Shown: positions 1-13,660 of the stretch, piece by piece
Layout of the letters: every line of letters begins with the position of its first letter
Position numbering within the stretch: position 1 is the stretch's first letter
Assembly: GCA_963767925.1 (NCBI GenBank)
Contig: CAVYGB010000008.1
Span: 352,001 to 416,000 of the forward strand
Direction: 5' to 3'
Length of the DNA stretch: 64,000 bases
DNA from: an uncultured delta proteobacterium
GTDB lineage: Bacteria; Myxococcota_A; Polyangia; Fen-1088
Notes under the pieces: generated by a model
Databases searched by the model: none
Seen by the model: only the letters and a program-made list of their open reading frames with translations
What the model was told of the DNA's origin: nothing
Made by a program: the position numbers and the translations under genes

Positions 1-1580
1 AGAACCTCACCGCGCCCTTCTCCGGGGCCAAGGCAGGGGTCAACGGCTACGGGCCCAGCTACAACATCTTCTTCAAGTACCAGCACGACGACGGGTCGGC
101 GGTGCGCCTGCTGGCCGTCCGCAACGATCTGACCTTGCAGCGCACCCACCGACAGTCCTTCTTCGTCGACCAGCCCCAGACCCAGCGCCCACAATACGTC
201 AGCGAGCGGTTCGTGCTCGACGTCGAGAAGCGCTGGGGCCGCACCGACCGATCCGGGCAGCTCACCCTGCGCCCGGCGCTGCTGCTATTCGGCCACGAGA
301 TGCGCTCGCAGGCCATCATGCCCCAGTTTTACCCGGCCGCCTCGGGCGAGGGCGCGCCGGTCATCTACGCCTGGTCGGGCAAGGACCTGCGGCTCCTGCC
401 CACGGTCGAATACGCCGTCGAGGCCGAGAGCGGCGGCTTCTTCCGGCAGACCAACTTCGTGGTGGGGGTCCAGGCGGAGTACGACATCGCCTCGAGCTAC
501 CGGACCAATCAGTGTTTCCTGGACGCCGACGGACGCTTCCAGCCCAGCGTCTACGTCAGCGGCGCCGCCGACCTGTTCTGTGTCGAGGCCTTCATGCTGC
601 GCGAGGGGGTCACGGTCGACCCCTTCGGCACCGTGCGCGAGACCGGGGCGAGCCGCTTCGGGGACGGCGACGAGCTGCGGCTGGGCGGGTTCTTCCAGCT
701 CACGACCTTCTTGCCCCACGAGGTCGGCCTCGTTGTCGGCGGGCGCGTCGACTACAACGTCACCTACGCCCCCCAGCTCAGCCCCCGGGTCGCCCTGGTG
801 GCCCCCTTCCAGGCTGGCTTCTACTCCAAGCTCCAGTTCTCCTCGGGGTTCGTCTATCCCGCCTTCCTCTACCGCAACGGCAACTCGCTGTCCGACTACC
901 AGGGCAACCCCGACATCAAGCCCCAGTCCATCCGGGCGGTCGAGGCCCTGCTGGGCTGGAAGAACGAGACCCTGCGGGCCGAGCTCAACGGCTACTACAA
1001 CGACGTCCGCGGCTTCATCACCTTCGACCTGCCTCGCAACGCCCGCTCGGGGCAATACCAGTTCTCCAACCAGGGCGATCTCCAGGTCGTCGGCCTGGAG
1101 GCCAGCACCAAGCTGCGCCTGGCGAGCGGCCGGCTCTCCCTCGATCTCCAGGGGTCGCTGGCCCGGCCGCTGGCCAGCACGAGCCCGGGCTTCCTGGTGG
1201 ACGGGCAGCTCGGGGGCCCCACCAAATATCCGGAGCTGCTGGGGATGGCGGTGCTGTCGGTCTCTCCCACGCCCGGGCTGCGCCTCACCATCGACGGCAG
1301 CCTCAGCTCGCCCATCAAGCAAACCATCGCTCCCGAGGCGCGGTTCATGGGAATCGCCGCCACCGACGGCCTCACCTACGACACCTTGTCGCCCGACGCC
1401 TTCGACACGCGAGAGATGAATCTGGGCGCCTCGGCCTCCTATGCCTTCGGCGACGGCTGGCGGGTGGAGGCCACCGCCACGAACCTCCTCAACCGCCGCT
1501 CCTACCGGCCCGGCTCGGTGCTGATCCCCTACCTGGCCGAGGGCCGGCGCCTGAACGCCGGTCTCTCGGTGGCGTTCTGA
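1..1580 (+). CDS. TonB-dependent outer-membrane receptor, 5'-truncated by the window edge
   Basis: Frame is open from position 3 to TGA at 1580. Amphipathic beta-strands, GRVDY...SPRVAL and GNPDIKPQ (NPxLxPE-like) motifs, NLLNR near the end, and a C-terminal Phe (GLSVAF). Confidence 0.85.
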   Translation, partial: NLTAPFSGAKAGVNGYGPSYNIFFKYQHDDGSAVRLLAVRNDLTLQRTHRQSFFVDQPQTQRPQYVSERFVLDVEKRWGRTDRSGQLTLRPALLLFGHEMRSQAIMPQFYPAASGEGAPVIYAWSGKDLRLLPTVEYAVEAESGGFFRQTNFVVGVQAEYDIASSYRTNQCFLDADGRFQPSVYVSGAADLFCVEAFMLREGVTVDPFGTVRETGASRFGDGDELRLGGFFQLTTFLPHEVGLVVGGRVDYNVTYAPQLSPRVALVAPFQAGFYSKLQFSSGFVYPAFLYRNGNSLSDYQGNPDIKPQSIRAVEALLGWKNETLRAELNGYYNDVRGFITFDLPRNARSGQYQFSNQGDLQVVGLEASTKLRLASGRLSLDLQGSLARPLASTSPGFLVDGQLGGPTKYPELLGMAVLSVSPTPGLRLTIDGSLSSPIKQTIAPEARFMGIAATDGLTYDTLSPDAFDTREMNLGASASYAFGDGWRVEATATNLLNRRSYRPGSVLIPYLAEGRRLNAGLSVAF

Positions 1581-2244
1581 GCGCCCGGGTCGCGCCCCCC
1601 GCGGGCACGGTGCGGCCGGGGCGGCGCCAGGACGCGGCGATCGGCGCGGCGGGTGGTCTTCGGTTTTTCCCCGGAGAGCTTCCGTCGATCGCGGCCCCGC
1701 CCATGGCGTGAGGACGCCGAGCCTCGGATGCGGCAACCACCGGCCGATCGGACGCGCTTCTTGCGGCGGTCTCTGGCCATCTCCGCATCGATTTTCGTCC
1801 AGGAGCTTGCTGGCTGGCAACCATCCCCGCGCGAGAAGCCGGGCAAATTCCGCTCTGCGGACGAAAGCTCGATGTCGGCGAATGTCCGTTGATGCGGAGG
1901 GGCGCAGGGCGGCGGCGCCACGTCACTCTGTTCGTTCACGGCGCAGCGGAGCGGCGGCGGCTGCTCGCCCCCAGGAAGATCGCGTGCGCCGGCGGGCGAG
2001 TAGCGCGCTTGCGTGGTGTGCCTCCCACATGCTCGCCGATGCCTCGGCGTGTGTCCTTTTGTCCCACCTGAGGGGCCGGTCGGGGACATTGGAATCGTCC
2101 ATGCCCACTATGCCCGCGGCAGCTACATTTGAGGGGGTATCCCCCGATGCCTGGATCTTTGCCTGAAATGTGGTTCGTGCAGCACGCGCTCGACAAAGCT
2201 CGAGGTCGCGCGATCGCCGCCGGTGAAAGCCGGAGGGGCGGGCG

Positions 2245-4617
2245 GTGAGCGAGGCGCGTTTCGGAAAGTTCGAGGTGGTCGGCTTCCTCGGTCGCGGGGG
2301 GATGGCCGAGGTGTTCCTCTGCCGGCTGGGTGGGCTGGGCGGCTTCAACAAGGAGGTCGTGGTCAAGCGCATCCTGCCCGAGCGGGTGGCCGACCCCTCC
2401 TTCCTGCGCATGTTCCTCGACGAGGCCCGGGTGGCGGCCAACCTCAACCACCCGAACATCGTCCAGGTCTTCGAGATCAACGAGGCGGAGGGGCTGCCCT
2501 ACATCGCCATGGAGTACGTCCGGGGCCCCACCTTCTCGACGGTCATCCGCGAGACGGTGCGGACCCAGCAGCTCCACTTCGGCCACGTGGCCAAGATCCT
2601 GGCCGGCGTCTGCGAGGGGCTGCAGCACGCCCACAGCGCGCTCGGGCCCAACCGCGAGCCCCTGGGGCTGGTCCACCGCGACGTCAGCCCCCAGAACATC
2701 ATCGTCTCGCCCGAGGGGGTGCCCAAGCTGCTCGACTTCGGGGTGGCCAAGGCCCGCGGTCGCCTGACCACCACCGAGGCGGGCACCCTCAAGGGCAAGC
2801 TCCGCTACATGGCGCCCGAGCAGATCCAGCAGGGCGCGCTCGACCACAGGGCCGACGTGTTCAGCGTGGGGGTCTTGCTGTGCGAGGCCACCACCGGCCG
2901 CAACCCCTTCGGGGCCAAGCAGGTCACCGAGGTCCAGCTCTTCAAGAACATCGTCAACGGCACCTACGCCCGGCCCTCGGAGCTGGCCAGCAACTACCCC
3001 GAGCAGCTCGAGCGGATCGTCCTGTGGGCCATCGAGCCGGACGTCGATAGACGCTGTCCGAGCGCGGAGGCCCTGCACGAGGCCCTCGAGGACTTCGTCT
3101 CGTCCGGCCCCTACGCCTCCAACCAGCGGGCGGTGGCGGCCTGGATGACCGAGCACGTGGCTCCGAAGTTCTTCAGCGTGCCGATGCCCCCCGACCAGCA
3201 CGGCCGCTTCCGGGCCAGCACCCCGGTGGCGGCGCGGACGCCGTCCTCCTTGCCGGGTGGGACGGCGCTGGGCTGGGGATCTCCCGGGGGGGCCTCTCTC
3301 GAAGGTTCGCGGGGATCGGGAGGCGGGTCGGGGGGCATGGCCGGACCAACCGGCGTCACCCTCGGTCCGCCACAACGGGGCGGGCGGCTGCTGTTCGCGG
3401 TGGGTGGGGTGGCGGCGCTGGCGGCGGCCGCGGTGGTGGTGTTGGTCCCGGCCCGGCGAGCGCCCGGGCCCGAAGTGCCGGCGATCGTCCGCCCGGCTCC
3501 CGAGAAGCCGGCCTTCTCGCCGGACGAGGCCGGGCGGGCCTACCTGGAAGAGGCGGAACGTTACGCCCGCAGCGGTCGGCTGGCCCCCGCCGCCGACGTG
3601 CTGGCCAAGGCGCGCGAGCTGCGGATCGGCGATCCCGCGCTCAACATCCGCCTGCTGCGGCTGCGCGAGGAGGTCGAGACCGCGGCCGCCCTGCGCAAGG
3701 CCCAGAGCCTGGTGGAGGCGGGCGAGACCGCGCAGGCCGCCGAGATGGCCAAGCAGCTCCTCGATCGCGATCCCAACAACACCGGCGCCACCGAGCTGCT
3801 GGCCGCCGTCCGCCGCACGCGGGCGCCCCGGCCGGCGGCCCCGGCCGAGCCGCCCCCGGTGGCGCGTGTCGCCCGGGCGGCGGTCCGCGACGGCGTGCTG
3901 ACGGTCAGCTCGAATCCGCCGGGGATGGTCTACCTCGACGACGATCCCATCGGCCGGGCCCCCCTTCACCGGCGGGCGGTGGCCCCCGGCACCTACACCT
4001 TGCAGGTGCGAGCGCCCGGGCACCGCCCCTACGAGAAGTCGATCCGGGTGGCGGCCGGCCGGGAGGTGGCGATGGTGGTGCCGCTCGTCTCCGAGCCCGC
4101 CGCTCCGCCCCCCGCGTCCCGCCTGCCTCCCGCCATGGCCGCGGTGGCGTCCCCCAGCGAGACGCCGGCCCCGCCCGCGCCTCCCGCTCCGGCGGCCTCC
4201 GAGCCAGCCGCGGTGGCCAGCGTGCCGAAGGCGCCCCCGGCCGAGCCGATGGCCCGCCCCTCCGGGCCGGTTGTGTCGGCGCGCCCCAAGGATCGGGTCC
4301 CGGTGCCCCGGCTGCCGCGGACCCACGAGGCCCGCGACGGCGCCAATCTGGCCCGCCTGCTCGGCCAGGTCGAGAACGAGACGGTGGCGCTGGCCGGGGT
4401 GAGCAAGGAGTTCGCCCTGGGCGTGACCGGGCCGCTGCGCCGGGCGCTCGAGGCGCGCCGGCAGCTGGTCACCTATCCGGTCGGCGTGTATTACTTCATC
4501 GTCAGCGAGGCCGCCCGGGGCCACGACAAGCAGACCGCCGCCCGCAACCTGGTCACGAACCACGAGAACGAGGGCATCCGCAAGCTCAGCGCCCTGCCGG
4601 CGCGTGATCGTCGATAG
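2245..4617 (+). CDS. Hanks-type Ser/Thr protein kinase with TM helix, TPR-like segment and PEGA domain
   Basis: LGRGGMAEV, VVVKRI, VHRDVSPQN, DFG and YMAPEQ motifs; hydrophobic LLFAVGGVAALAAAAVVVLV; PEGA-like LTVSSNPPGMVYLDDDPIGRAP...VAPGTYTLQVRAPG. Confidence 0.93.
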   Translation: MSEARFGKFEVVGFLGRGGMAEVFLCRLGGLGGFNKEVVVKRILPERVADPSFLRMFLDEARVAANLNHPNIVQVFEINEAEGLPYIAMEYVRGPTFSTVIRETVRTQQLHFGHVAKILAGVCEGLQHAHSALGPNREPLGLVHRDVSPQNIIVSPEGVPKLLDFGVAKARGRLTTTEAGTLKGKLRYMAPEQIQQGALDHRADVFSVGVLLCEATTGRNPFGAKQVTEVQLFKNIVNGTYARPSELASNYPEQLERIVLWAIEPDVDRRCPSAEALHEALEDFVSSGPYASNQRAVAAWMTEHVAPKFFSVPMPPDQHGRFRASTPVAARTPSSLPGGTALGWGSPGGASLEGSRGSGGGSGGMAGPTGVTLGPPQRGGRLLFAVGGVAALAAAAVVVLVPARRAPGPEVPAIVRPAPEKPAFSPDEAGRAYLEEAERYARSGRLAPAADVLAKARELRIGDPALNIRLLRLREEVETAAALRKAQSLVEAGETAQAAEMAKQLLDRDPNNTGATELLAAVRRTRAPRPAAPAEPPPVARVARAAVRDGVLTVSSNPPGMVYLDDDPIGRAPLHRRAVAPGTYTLQVRAPGHRPYEKSIRVAAGREVAMVVPLVSEPAAPPPASRLPPAMAAVASPSETPAPPAPPAPAASEPAAVASVPKAPPAEPMARPSGPVVSARPKDRVPVPRLPRTHEARDGANLARLLGQVENETVALAGVSKEFALGVTGPLRRALEARRQLVTYPVGVYYFIVSEAARGHDKQTAARNLVTNHENEGIRKLSALPARDRR

Positions 4618-4661
4618 CGCCCGTCGATAGTGTCCGAGAAATGTCAGCCTCCCGTTGTCCA

Positions 4662-4710
4662 TTCGCCCTCGCCCCGCGTCTGCGCGGGGGGAGGGGTGAG
4701 GGGTCTCCGG
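4662..4710. repeat. REP-like palindromic intergenic repeat, copy 1
   Basis: Shares TTCGCCCTCGCCCCGCG and GGGGTGAGGGGTCTCCGG with 18358-18412; internal CCCCGCG/CGCGGGG stem. Confidence 0.7.
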
Positions 4711-4889
4711 GTCTCCTCCCCCGCGGGGCGCGGGCCATTCTGCCGGTAGCGCCGGTCGCCAACCGGTCCCGACCAGGGCCTCGGCCCGGGTATGACGTCG
4801 GACGGCCCGCACCTCGGAGCACCCGGGCCGCACCTGTGCGACCTGCCGCGGCCGTCGCTAAGTACGGGGCATTTCGGTAAAATATCGGC

Positions 4890-6709
4890 GTGCTGGGCGG
4901 CTGGTGGAGGCGCGGCGGGGCCGGGATGGTGGCGCTCCTCGTGATGGGGGCGGGCGCGCGCGCCCGGGGCGAGGCGCCGGATCCGCTGGCCGGATACCTC
5001 GCCGATCTCGAGCGGTCGCGGCGGCTGCCCCCCGAGACGGCGTCGCTCGAGCGGCTGCGGGAGGTGCTGGCCGACTCGGAGGAGCGGCTGGTGCGCGGCG
5101 ACGCCCGGGCCGCGGCCGCCGGGCTGTTCGCCCTGGTCGAGTCGCCCCGCTACCAGCCGTTCGCCAGCACGGTGCCCTACCAGAGCGCCGAGCTGCTGCT
5201 CGGTCGGGCCCTGGTGCGCGGGGGCGCCCAGCTCTCGGCCGAGCGCTACCTGTTCCGGCTGCTGCGGCGGGGCGCCTCGGGCCCCTTCTTCGTGCCGGCC
5301 CACCGGGCGCTGGTGGACGTGGCCCTCGAGGCGCGGCAGTACGAACGGTTGCTGGCCGTCCTGGAGTCCGTCGACCTAGGCGGTCAGCCCGTCCCCGAGG
5401 ACAGCGCCGCCGAGCGGGAATACCTGCGCGGGCGGGTCCACTACCAGGCCGGCGATCTCGACCGGGCCGCCACCGCGTTCGCCCGGGTCGGGCGCACCTC
5501 CCGCCTGGCCGCCTCGGCGATCTACTTCCGGGGCCTCATCGCGGCCCGCCGGGGCGCTTACGCCGACGCCCGGGGATCGTTCTGCCAGATCCTCCCGAGC
5601 GAGCGGGGCGCGGTCCTGGCCTTCAACATCGACGGCCGCTACTTCCAGCTCCAGGATCTGGCCCGGCTCGCCCTCGGTCGCATCGCCCACGAGCAGGGCC
5701 GCTTCGACGAGGCCTACTACTACTACTTCTCGGTCCCGGAGGACTCCGAGCGGCTGGCCGAGGCCCTGTTCGAGGCGGCCTGGTCGATGTACCAGAAGGG
5801 GGAGGTGCGGGCGGCCCGGGCCTTCGTCGAGGCCTTCGATGGCGCCTTCCCCGACTCGGCCTTGCGGGCGGAGGTGGCGCTCCTGCGGGCCAACATCGCC
5901 CTGCGCTCTTGCGCCTTCGACCAGGCGCGCGCGGAGGCTTCGGCGCTGGTGGCCACCTATGGCCCCCTGCAGAAGCTGGCCGCCCGGGCCGCCGCCGATC
6001 CGGCCCGGGCCCGGGCGCTCGTCGCCCGCCTGCTCGCCCGCGACGTCCGGCTGGCCCCGGCCAGCGATCCGGAGGGGCGCCTGCTCAGCCTGCTCGAGCT
6101 CGACGCCCGCTTCTTCGCCCTGACCGGCCTGCTGGCGGAGATCGACGCCGACCTGGGCGAGGCCCGCGAGGCGCTGGCCCGCTGGCGCGCCCTCGGGCAG
6201 CTCGTGGCGAGCGGCTCGTTGCACCGGGCGCCCGCCTCCCCCGAGGCGGCCCTGCTGCTCGAGGAGACCGAGGCCCTGCTGCCGCTGGCCGCCGGGGAGC
6301 CGGAGCTGCAGGATCGACTGGGCGACCTGCTGCTGCAGGCCTCGCTGGCGGCCCATCCCCCCCAGGGCGGCGGACCGTACGCCGGCGAGCAGGAGGCGGC
6401 CGCCCGGCTGCTGCGCGAGCTGGGGGCTCTGGGGAACGCCGTGCGCGAGGCACTCTACACCCTGGCCGCCCGGTCTCTGCAGGAGCTCGACGGGCGGCTC
6501 ACCAGCCTGTTCGGCAAGGTCCGCCTGACCCACATCGACGCGGTGGTGGGGCGCAAGAAGCGGCTCGAGGTCGAGATCGCCAACCTGCGCGCGGGCCGGC
6601 TGGGGGCCGACATCTACGGCAAGCTGAAGGCGGAAGGCACGCTGGGCGACGACGAGGAGTACTGGCCCTTCGAGGGCGAATATTGGGCCGACGAATACGA
6701 GAACTACCG

Positions 6710-6713
<4 letters not shown>
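4890..6713 (+). CDS. Exported TPR protein, GltC/NfsC-like
   Basis: Signal-peptide-like N-terminus, TPR helices, and C-terminal EEYWPFEGEYWADE resembling the GltC tail; first gene of a coupled operon. Confidence 0.75.
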
Positions 6714-9788
<3,075 letters not shown>

Positions 9789-9796
<8 letters not shown>

Positions 9797-10931
9797 TCCG
9801 CGGTGGGGCGGGGCGCTGGCCCTCCTCCTCCTGCTGGCGGGCTGTGGAGCCACCCGGGCCACCGACCCCGGCAAGGCCGCGGTCAAGCCTTTGCCCCCGG
9901 CCAAGCCCGAGGCCCTCGTGCACTTCGAGGAGGGGCTGGCCCAGCTCCAGCTCGGTCCCCGGGGTTACGAGGCCTCGCTGGCGGCGTTCCGGGAGGCCAC
10001 CCGCCTCGATCCCAAGCTGTTCGAGGCCTGGCACGACCTCGGCATCGTCAACGCCCGGCTGGTGCGCTGGGAGGCGGCGGCGGAGGCGCTCGGCAAGGCC
10101 CTGGCCCTGCAGCCCCGCTCGCGCCGCACGCTGATGGCCTACGCCGATGCCCTGTGCCGGACCGGGCGCCACGGGGACGCGGCCGAGCTGCTGGGCAAGC
10201 AGCTCACCGGCGAACGGCCGAGCGGCAAGGCGAACGACCGGGAAAAGGACAAGCAAGACAGCGAGGAGGTCGAGCTGCGCCTCCTCTACATCACGGCGCT
10301 GCGCGACGGCGGCAAGGCGCAGCGGGCGCTCGAGGAGGTGGAGGTGCTGCTCACCCGGGACAGCCGGAGCGCCCGCGGCTTCTCGGCCCTGGGGCTCATC
10401 TACTATCGCCTCGAGAAGCAGGCTCTGGCCGAGTCGGCGCTGCGGCGGGCGGCCGAGCTGGATCCGCGCAACGCCGAGGTCTGGAACAACCTGGGGCTCG
10501 TCGCGCTGGCCCGGGGGCGGGACCGGGAGGCCTTCGCCGCCTTCGACAAGGCCGCCGATCTCGATCCGGCGTCGCTGGCGCCGCTGCTCAACAAGGCGGC
10601 CGTCCTGCTGGATTGTGGCGACTACAAGCGGGCCCGCGACGAGCTGGAGCGGGCGGCCCGCCAGCACCCCGACGACGCCGAGCTGCAGGTCGCGCTCGGG
10701 GTGGCCTACCGGGGGCTCAAGGAGCACGATCGGGCCCGCCGGGCCTACGAACGCGCCCTGCAGCTCCGGCCGCAATACCCGGCGGCGCTGTTCAACCTGG
10801 GGGTCCTGTACATGGACTTTCTCTCCGACAAGGCCCGGGCCCGCGAGCACCTGACGCTGTACCAGAAGGTGACCGCGGGCAGCGACGCCCGCAGCAAGGA
10901 GGTCTTCGCCCGCCTGCGCGAGCTGAAGTAG
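9789..10931 (+). CDS. TPR lipoprotein, GltE/AglT/NfsE-like
   Basis: Lipobox LLAGC; canonical TPRs (EAWHDLG, EVWNNLG, AALFNLG); position after the gltD-like gene. Confidence 0.8.
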
Positions 10932-11032
10932 CCCGCTGTAGCGGCAGCGGCGCCGGTGTGGGCCCGCCCGCCGCGGCGGCGGCCGTCGCTGCGAGGGCCC
11001 TTACTATCGGGTAACCTTTGCCAGGGCGAGCG

Positions 11033-11464
11033 ATGATGGGTGCGGGCCTTGCGGGGAGGGTGTTCCTCGCCTTGTCTCTGGTGGTCTGGGCGGTCGCCGC
11101 CCCCGCCCTGGCCGAGCCGGGTCGGGGCAAGGCCAGCGCCCGCCGTGGCGCCGGCGTCGGCGCTGCCCGTCGGGTCCGGCAACCGCCGCCGCGGCGCCCG
11201 CCTCCACAACCCGCCGCTCCCGCCGCCAGCGGCGAGACCGAGGCCATCCGCGACGTCGCCGCGCCCGCCGCCCAGGCGGCCGGCACCCGGGTGAGCAAGC
11301 CACGCGTCTACACCTTCGGTGGCCTCGACGTGGAGGGCAAGCTGAAGGCGCCGCAGCTCCTCTACTTCCGCAGCCGCATGCGGCAGGAGCTCGACACCTC
11401 CAACTCCGAGAGCCGTTCCTTTCTGAAGGAGCTGGAGCGAACCGCCGACGAGAAGGGGCTGTGA
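11033..11464 (+). CDS. Small exported protein, GltF/CglF-like
   Basis: Signal peptide, then YTFGGLDVEGKLKAPQLLYF...SFLKEL, resembling the GltF F-x-x-x-x-I-E-G-x-L-x-x-P pattern; synteny. Confidence 0.65.
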   Translation: MMGAGLAGRVFLALSLVVWAVAAPALAEPGRGKASARRGAGVGAARRVRQPPPRRPPPQPAAPAASGETEAIRDVAAPAAQAAGTRVSKPRVYTFGGLDVEGKLKAPQLLYFRSRMRQELDTSNSESRSFLKELERTADEKGL

Positions 11465-11504
11465 ACCGGGCCGGCGGCGGCGGGCTTTCCCCTTCGAGCT
11501 GAAG

Positions 11505-12899
11505 ATGGCGCACGGACAGGCGTTGCAGGTCACGCACCTGTGGAGGGGTCAGATCCTGGCCTACCACCTGCTGGGCCCGCGCGGGCGCGTGACCATCGGC
11601 AACCGCAAAGGCGTGACCTTCGCGACCCCGCCGCTGCCGGGCTTTCCGGCCCGCTTCCTCCTCGTCACCCCGGTGCGCGACGGGTTCCGCCTGCGGCTCG
11701 GCCCGTGCATGTCGGGCGAGCTCACCTTGCGCCAGCAGGTCCGGACGGTGGGCGACATCCTGGCCCAGCCGGCCGTGCGCCGGTTCCTGCGCGACCCGGG
11801 GATGTTCCGCGAGGTGGAGCTCTATCCGGGGGACACCGCCGCCCTGAACCTGGGCGACGCCGGGGCGCTGCAGGTTCGGCTCTCGTATGCCGAGCCCCCC
11901 GAGCGGCTGCCGAAGCCCCCTTTCATCGGCGATAGGCTGCTGGTCCGCACCGCCGCCCTCACCGCCGGCATCACGCTGGCGGTGATGGCGATCGTCCGGA
12001 TCATCACCGCCGGCATGGCCACCCCGGGCGCCGAGATCACCCAGGAGCGCTTCACCAAGGTGGTGGCCCCGGCGCTCGATCGGCCGCCGCCGCCCCGCGC
12101 GGCCGAGGCCCGGCGCAAGGACGCCCTGGCCGACGAGGCCCGCCAGCGCAAGGAGCGGGAGGCGGCCGAGTCGAAGCGGGCCCGCGAGCGGGAGGGGCGG
12201 CTGGGGCGCGCCGACGCGCGGGCCAAAGAGACGGTGTTGCCGAAGGGGCGGGAGGACGTCTTGCGGGCCAAGGTGGCGAAGACCGGCCTGCTGGCCGCGC
12301 TCGGCACCGCCCGCGCGTCCGGCTCGGGGCTGGGCCGGCTGCTCGACAGCAACAACCGGGCGGACATGGACCAGGCCATGAACGGGCTGGCCGGGGCCAC
12401 GCTGGTTGCGGGGCGGGGCGAGGGGGGGCTGGGCTCAGCGGGGACCGGGCTCGGCGGCGGCGGGACCGGCTTCGGGCGCATCCAGGGCTCGGGCAACCTC
12501 GACGTGGGCGCTGCAAGAGGGCGGGGGCGCAAGGGGCCCGGCCTGGGCCGCGGGCGCGAAAAGGAGGTCCAGGTCGGGATGGAGACCGGCACCGCCGACG
12601 CCGAGGGGGGCCTCACCCGCGAGCAGATCAACCGGGTGGTCCGGGCGCACGCCGCTGCCATCCGCTACTGCTACGAGAAGGAGCTGCAGCGGCAGCCCGC
12701 CCTGTCGGGCAAGATCGAGCTGGCCTGGCTGATCCGCCCGAACGGCACCGTCGATCGGGCCCGCGTCGCCGCCACAACCATGAGGAGCCGGGCGGTGGAG
12801 GGGTGCATGGAGCGGCAGGTGAAGAACTGGCAGTTCCCTCGCTCGGACAGCGAGACAATCGTGCAGAGCTACCCCTTCTTCTTCAAGGGGGGCGGCTGA
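11505..12899 (+). CDS. GltG/PglI-like inner-membrane protein with AgmX/PglI (TonB-C-like) C-terminal domain
   Basis: N-terminal beta domain, one TM helix, charged helix, Gly-rich linker, C-terminal LTREQINRVV...IRYCYEKELQRQPALSGKI...VEGC...WQFP...YPFFF. Confidence 0.85.
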   Translation: MAHGQALQVTHLWRGQILAYHLLGPRGRVTIGNRKGVTFATPPLPGFPARFLLVTPVRDGFRLRLGPCMSGELTLRQQVRTVGDILAQPAVRRFLRDPGMFREVELYPGDTAALNLGDAGALQVRLSYAEPPERLPKPPFIGDRLLVRTAALTAGITLAVMAIVRIITAGMATPGAEITQERFTKVVAPALDRPPPPRAAEARRKDALADEARQRKEREAAESKRAREREGRLGRADARAKETVLPKGREDVLRAKVAKTGLLAALGTARASGSGLGRLLDSNNRADMDQAMNGLAGATLVAGRGEGGLGSAGTGLGGGGTGFGRIQGSGNLDVGAARGRGRKGPGLGRGREKEVQVGMETGTADAEGGLTREQINRVVRAHAAAIRYCYEKELQRQPALSGKIELAWLIRPNGTVDRARVAATTMRSRAVEGCMERQVKNWQFPRSDSETIVQSYPFFFKGGG

Positions 12900-13660
12900 T
12901 GCTGGGGAGGGCCGGCGGGCGGCTGCTCCTGCTGGCGGCGGCGGTCGGCTGCAGCGCCAACGAGCCGATCTACTTTCCCGCCCCCGAGGTCCTCGAGGTC
13001 GGCGGCGGCGACGACCAGCCGGCCGCCGCCAGCCTATCGATCACCTTGCCCTTCCGGCCGCCCAGCGAGCAGGAGGAGAACACCCTGCGCGCAGAGCGGG
13101 ACCGCCGCATGGTCGACACGCCCTGGTTGCGCACCGAGAACGTCTCGCTCTCCCTGCGCTACACCCTCACCAATCTCGGCGATCGCGCGGCCAGCGCCCG
13201 TCTGGAGATCGACGGGGCCAGCGAGTTCGCCCGCTACGACGCCGGGGCCCTGCGCGCCGCCGCCGCCATGGACCCGGAGGGGGAGGAGGAGACGGTGCTG
13301 GCGCTCATCCGGCCGACGCCGATCCTGCTCGAGCCCGGCGAGGTGCGCTCGGGGACAGTGCGGGAGGACGACTTCGAGGAGGCGGCCCTCGACCTCGACG
13401 CCATCGGGCGCTTCGGGGCCACCCCGGCCGCGGTCCTCATCAATCGGTCGGAGGCCAACCCGATCGGCCTCGAGATGGTGCCAGCCGATCACATCCGGCC
13501 GGCCTTCTTCCAGGTGCAGGTCGGCTTCTCGGCCGGCAGCCACATGCGGCTCGAGCTCCTGCTGCGGGTCCGCGACGAGGCCCGGCAGCTCCTGCGCGAG
13601 CAGGGGGATGCCTTCGAGCCCGAGCCGATGGTCTACATGCCGGTGGTGCCGGCCCCGTGA
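12899..13660 (+). CDS. Hypothetical lipoprotein inside the glt-like operon
   Basis: ATG 12899 overlaps the upstream TGA; lipobox AAVGC; high GC3. Confidence 0.75.
   Translation: MLGRAGGRLLLLAAAVGCSANEPIYFPAPEVLEVGGGDDQPAAASLSITLPFRPPSEQEENTLRAERDRRMVDTPWLRTENVSLSLRYTLTNLGDRAASARLEIDGASEFARYDAGALRAAAAMDPEGEEETVLALIRPTPILLEPGEVRSGTVREDDFEEAALDLDAIGRFGATPAAVLINRSEANPIGLEMVPADHIRPAFFQVQVGFSAGSHMRLELLLRVRDEARQLLREQGDAFEPEPMVYMPVVPAP

Noticed and set aside
1841..1870. GGGCAAA...GGACGAAAGC resembling a c-di-GMP-I riboswitch
   Set aside because: Lacks the GNRA-capped P2, the GCAAA core and a recognisable P3/P1 3' half.
4904..6709. N-terminal ~600 aa of the 1630-aa track ORF
   Set aside because: Arg/Gly/Pro-rich off-frame shadow of the gltC-like gene; the real protein starts at ATG 6710 with a signal peptide.
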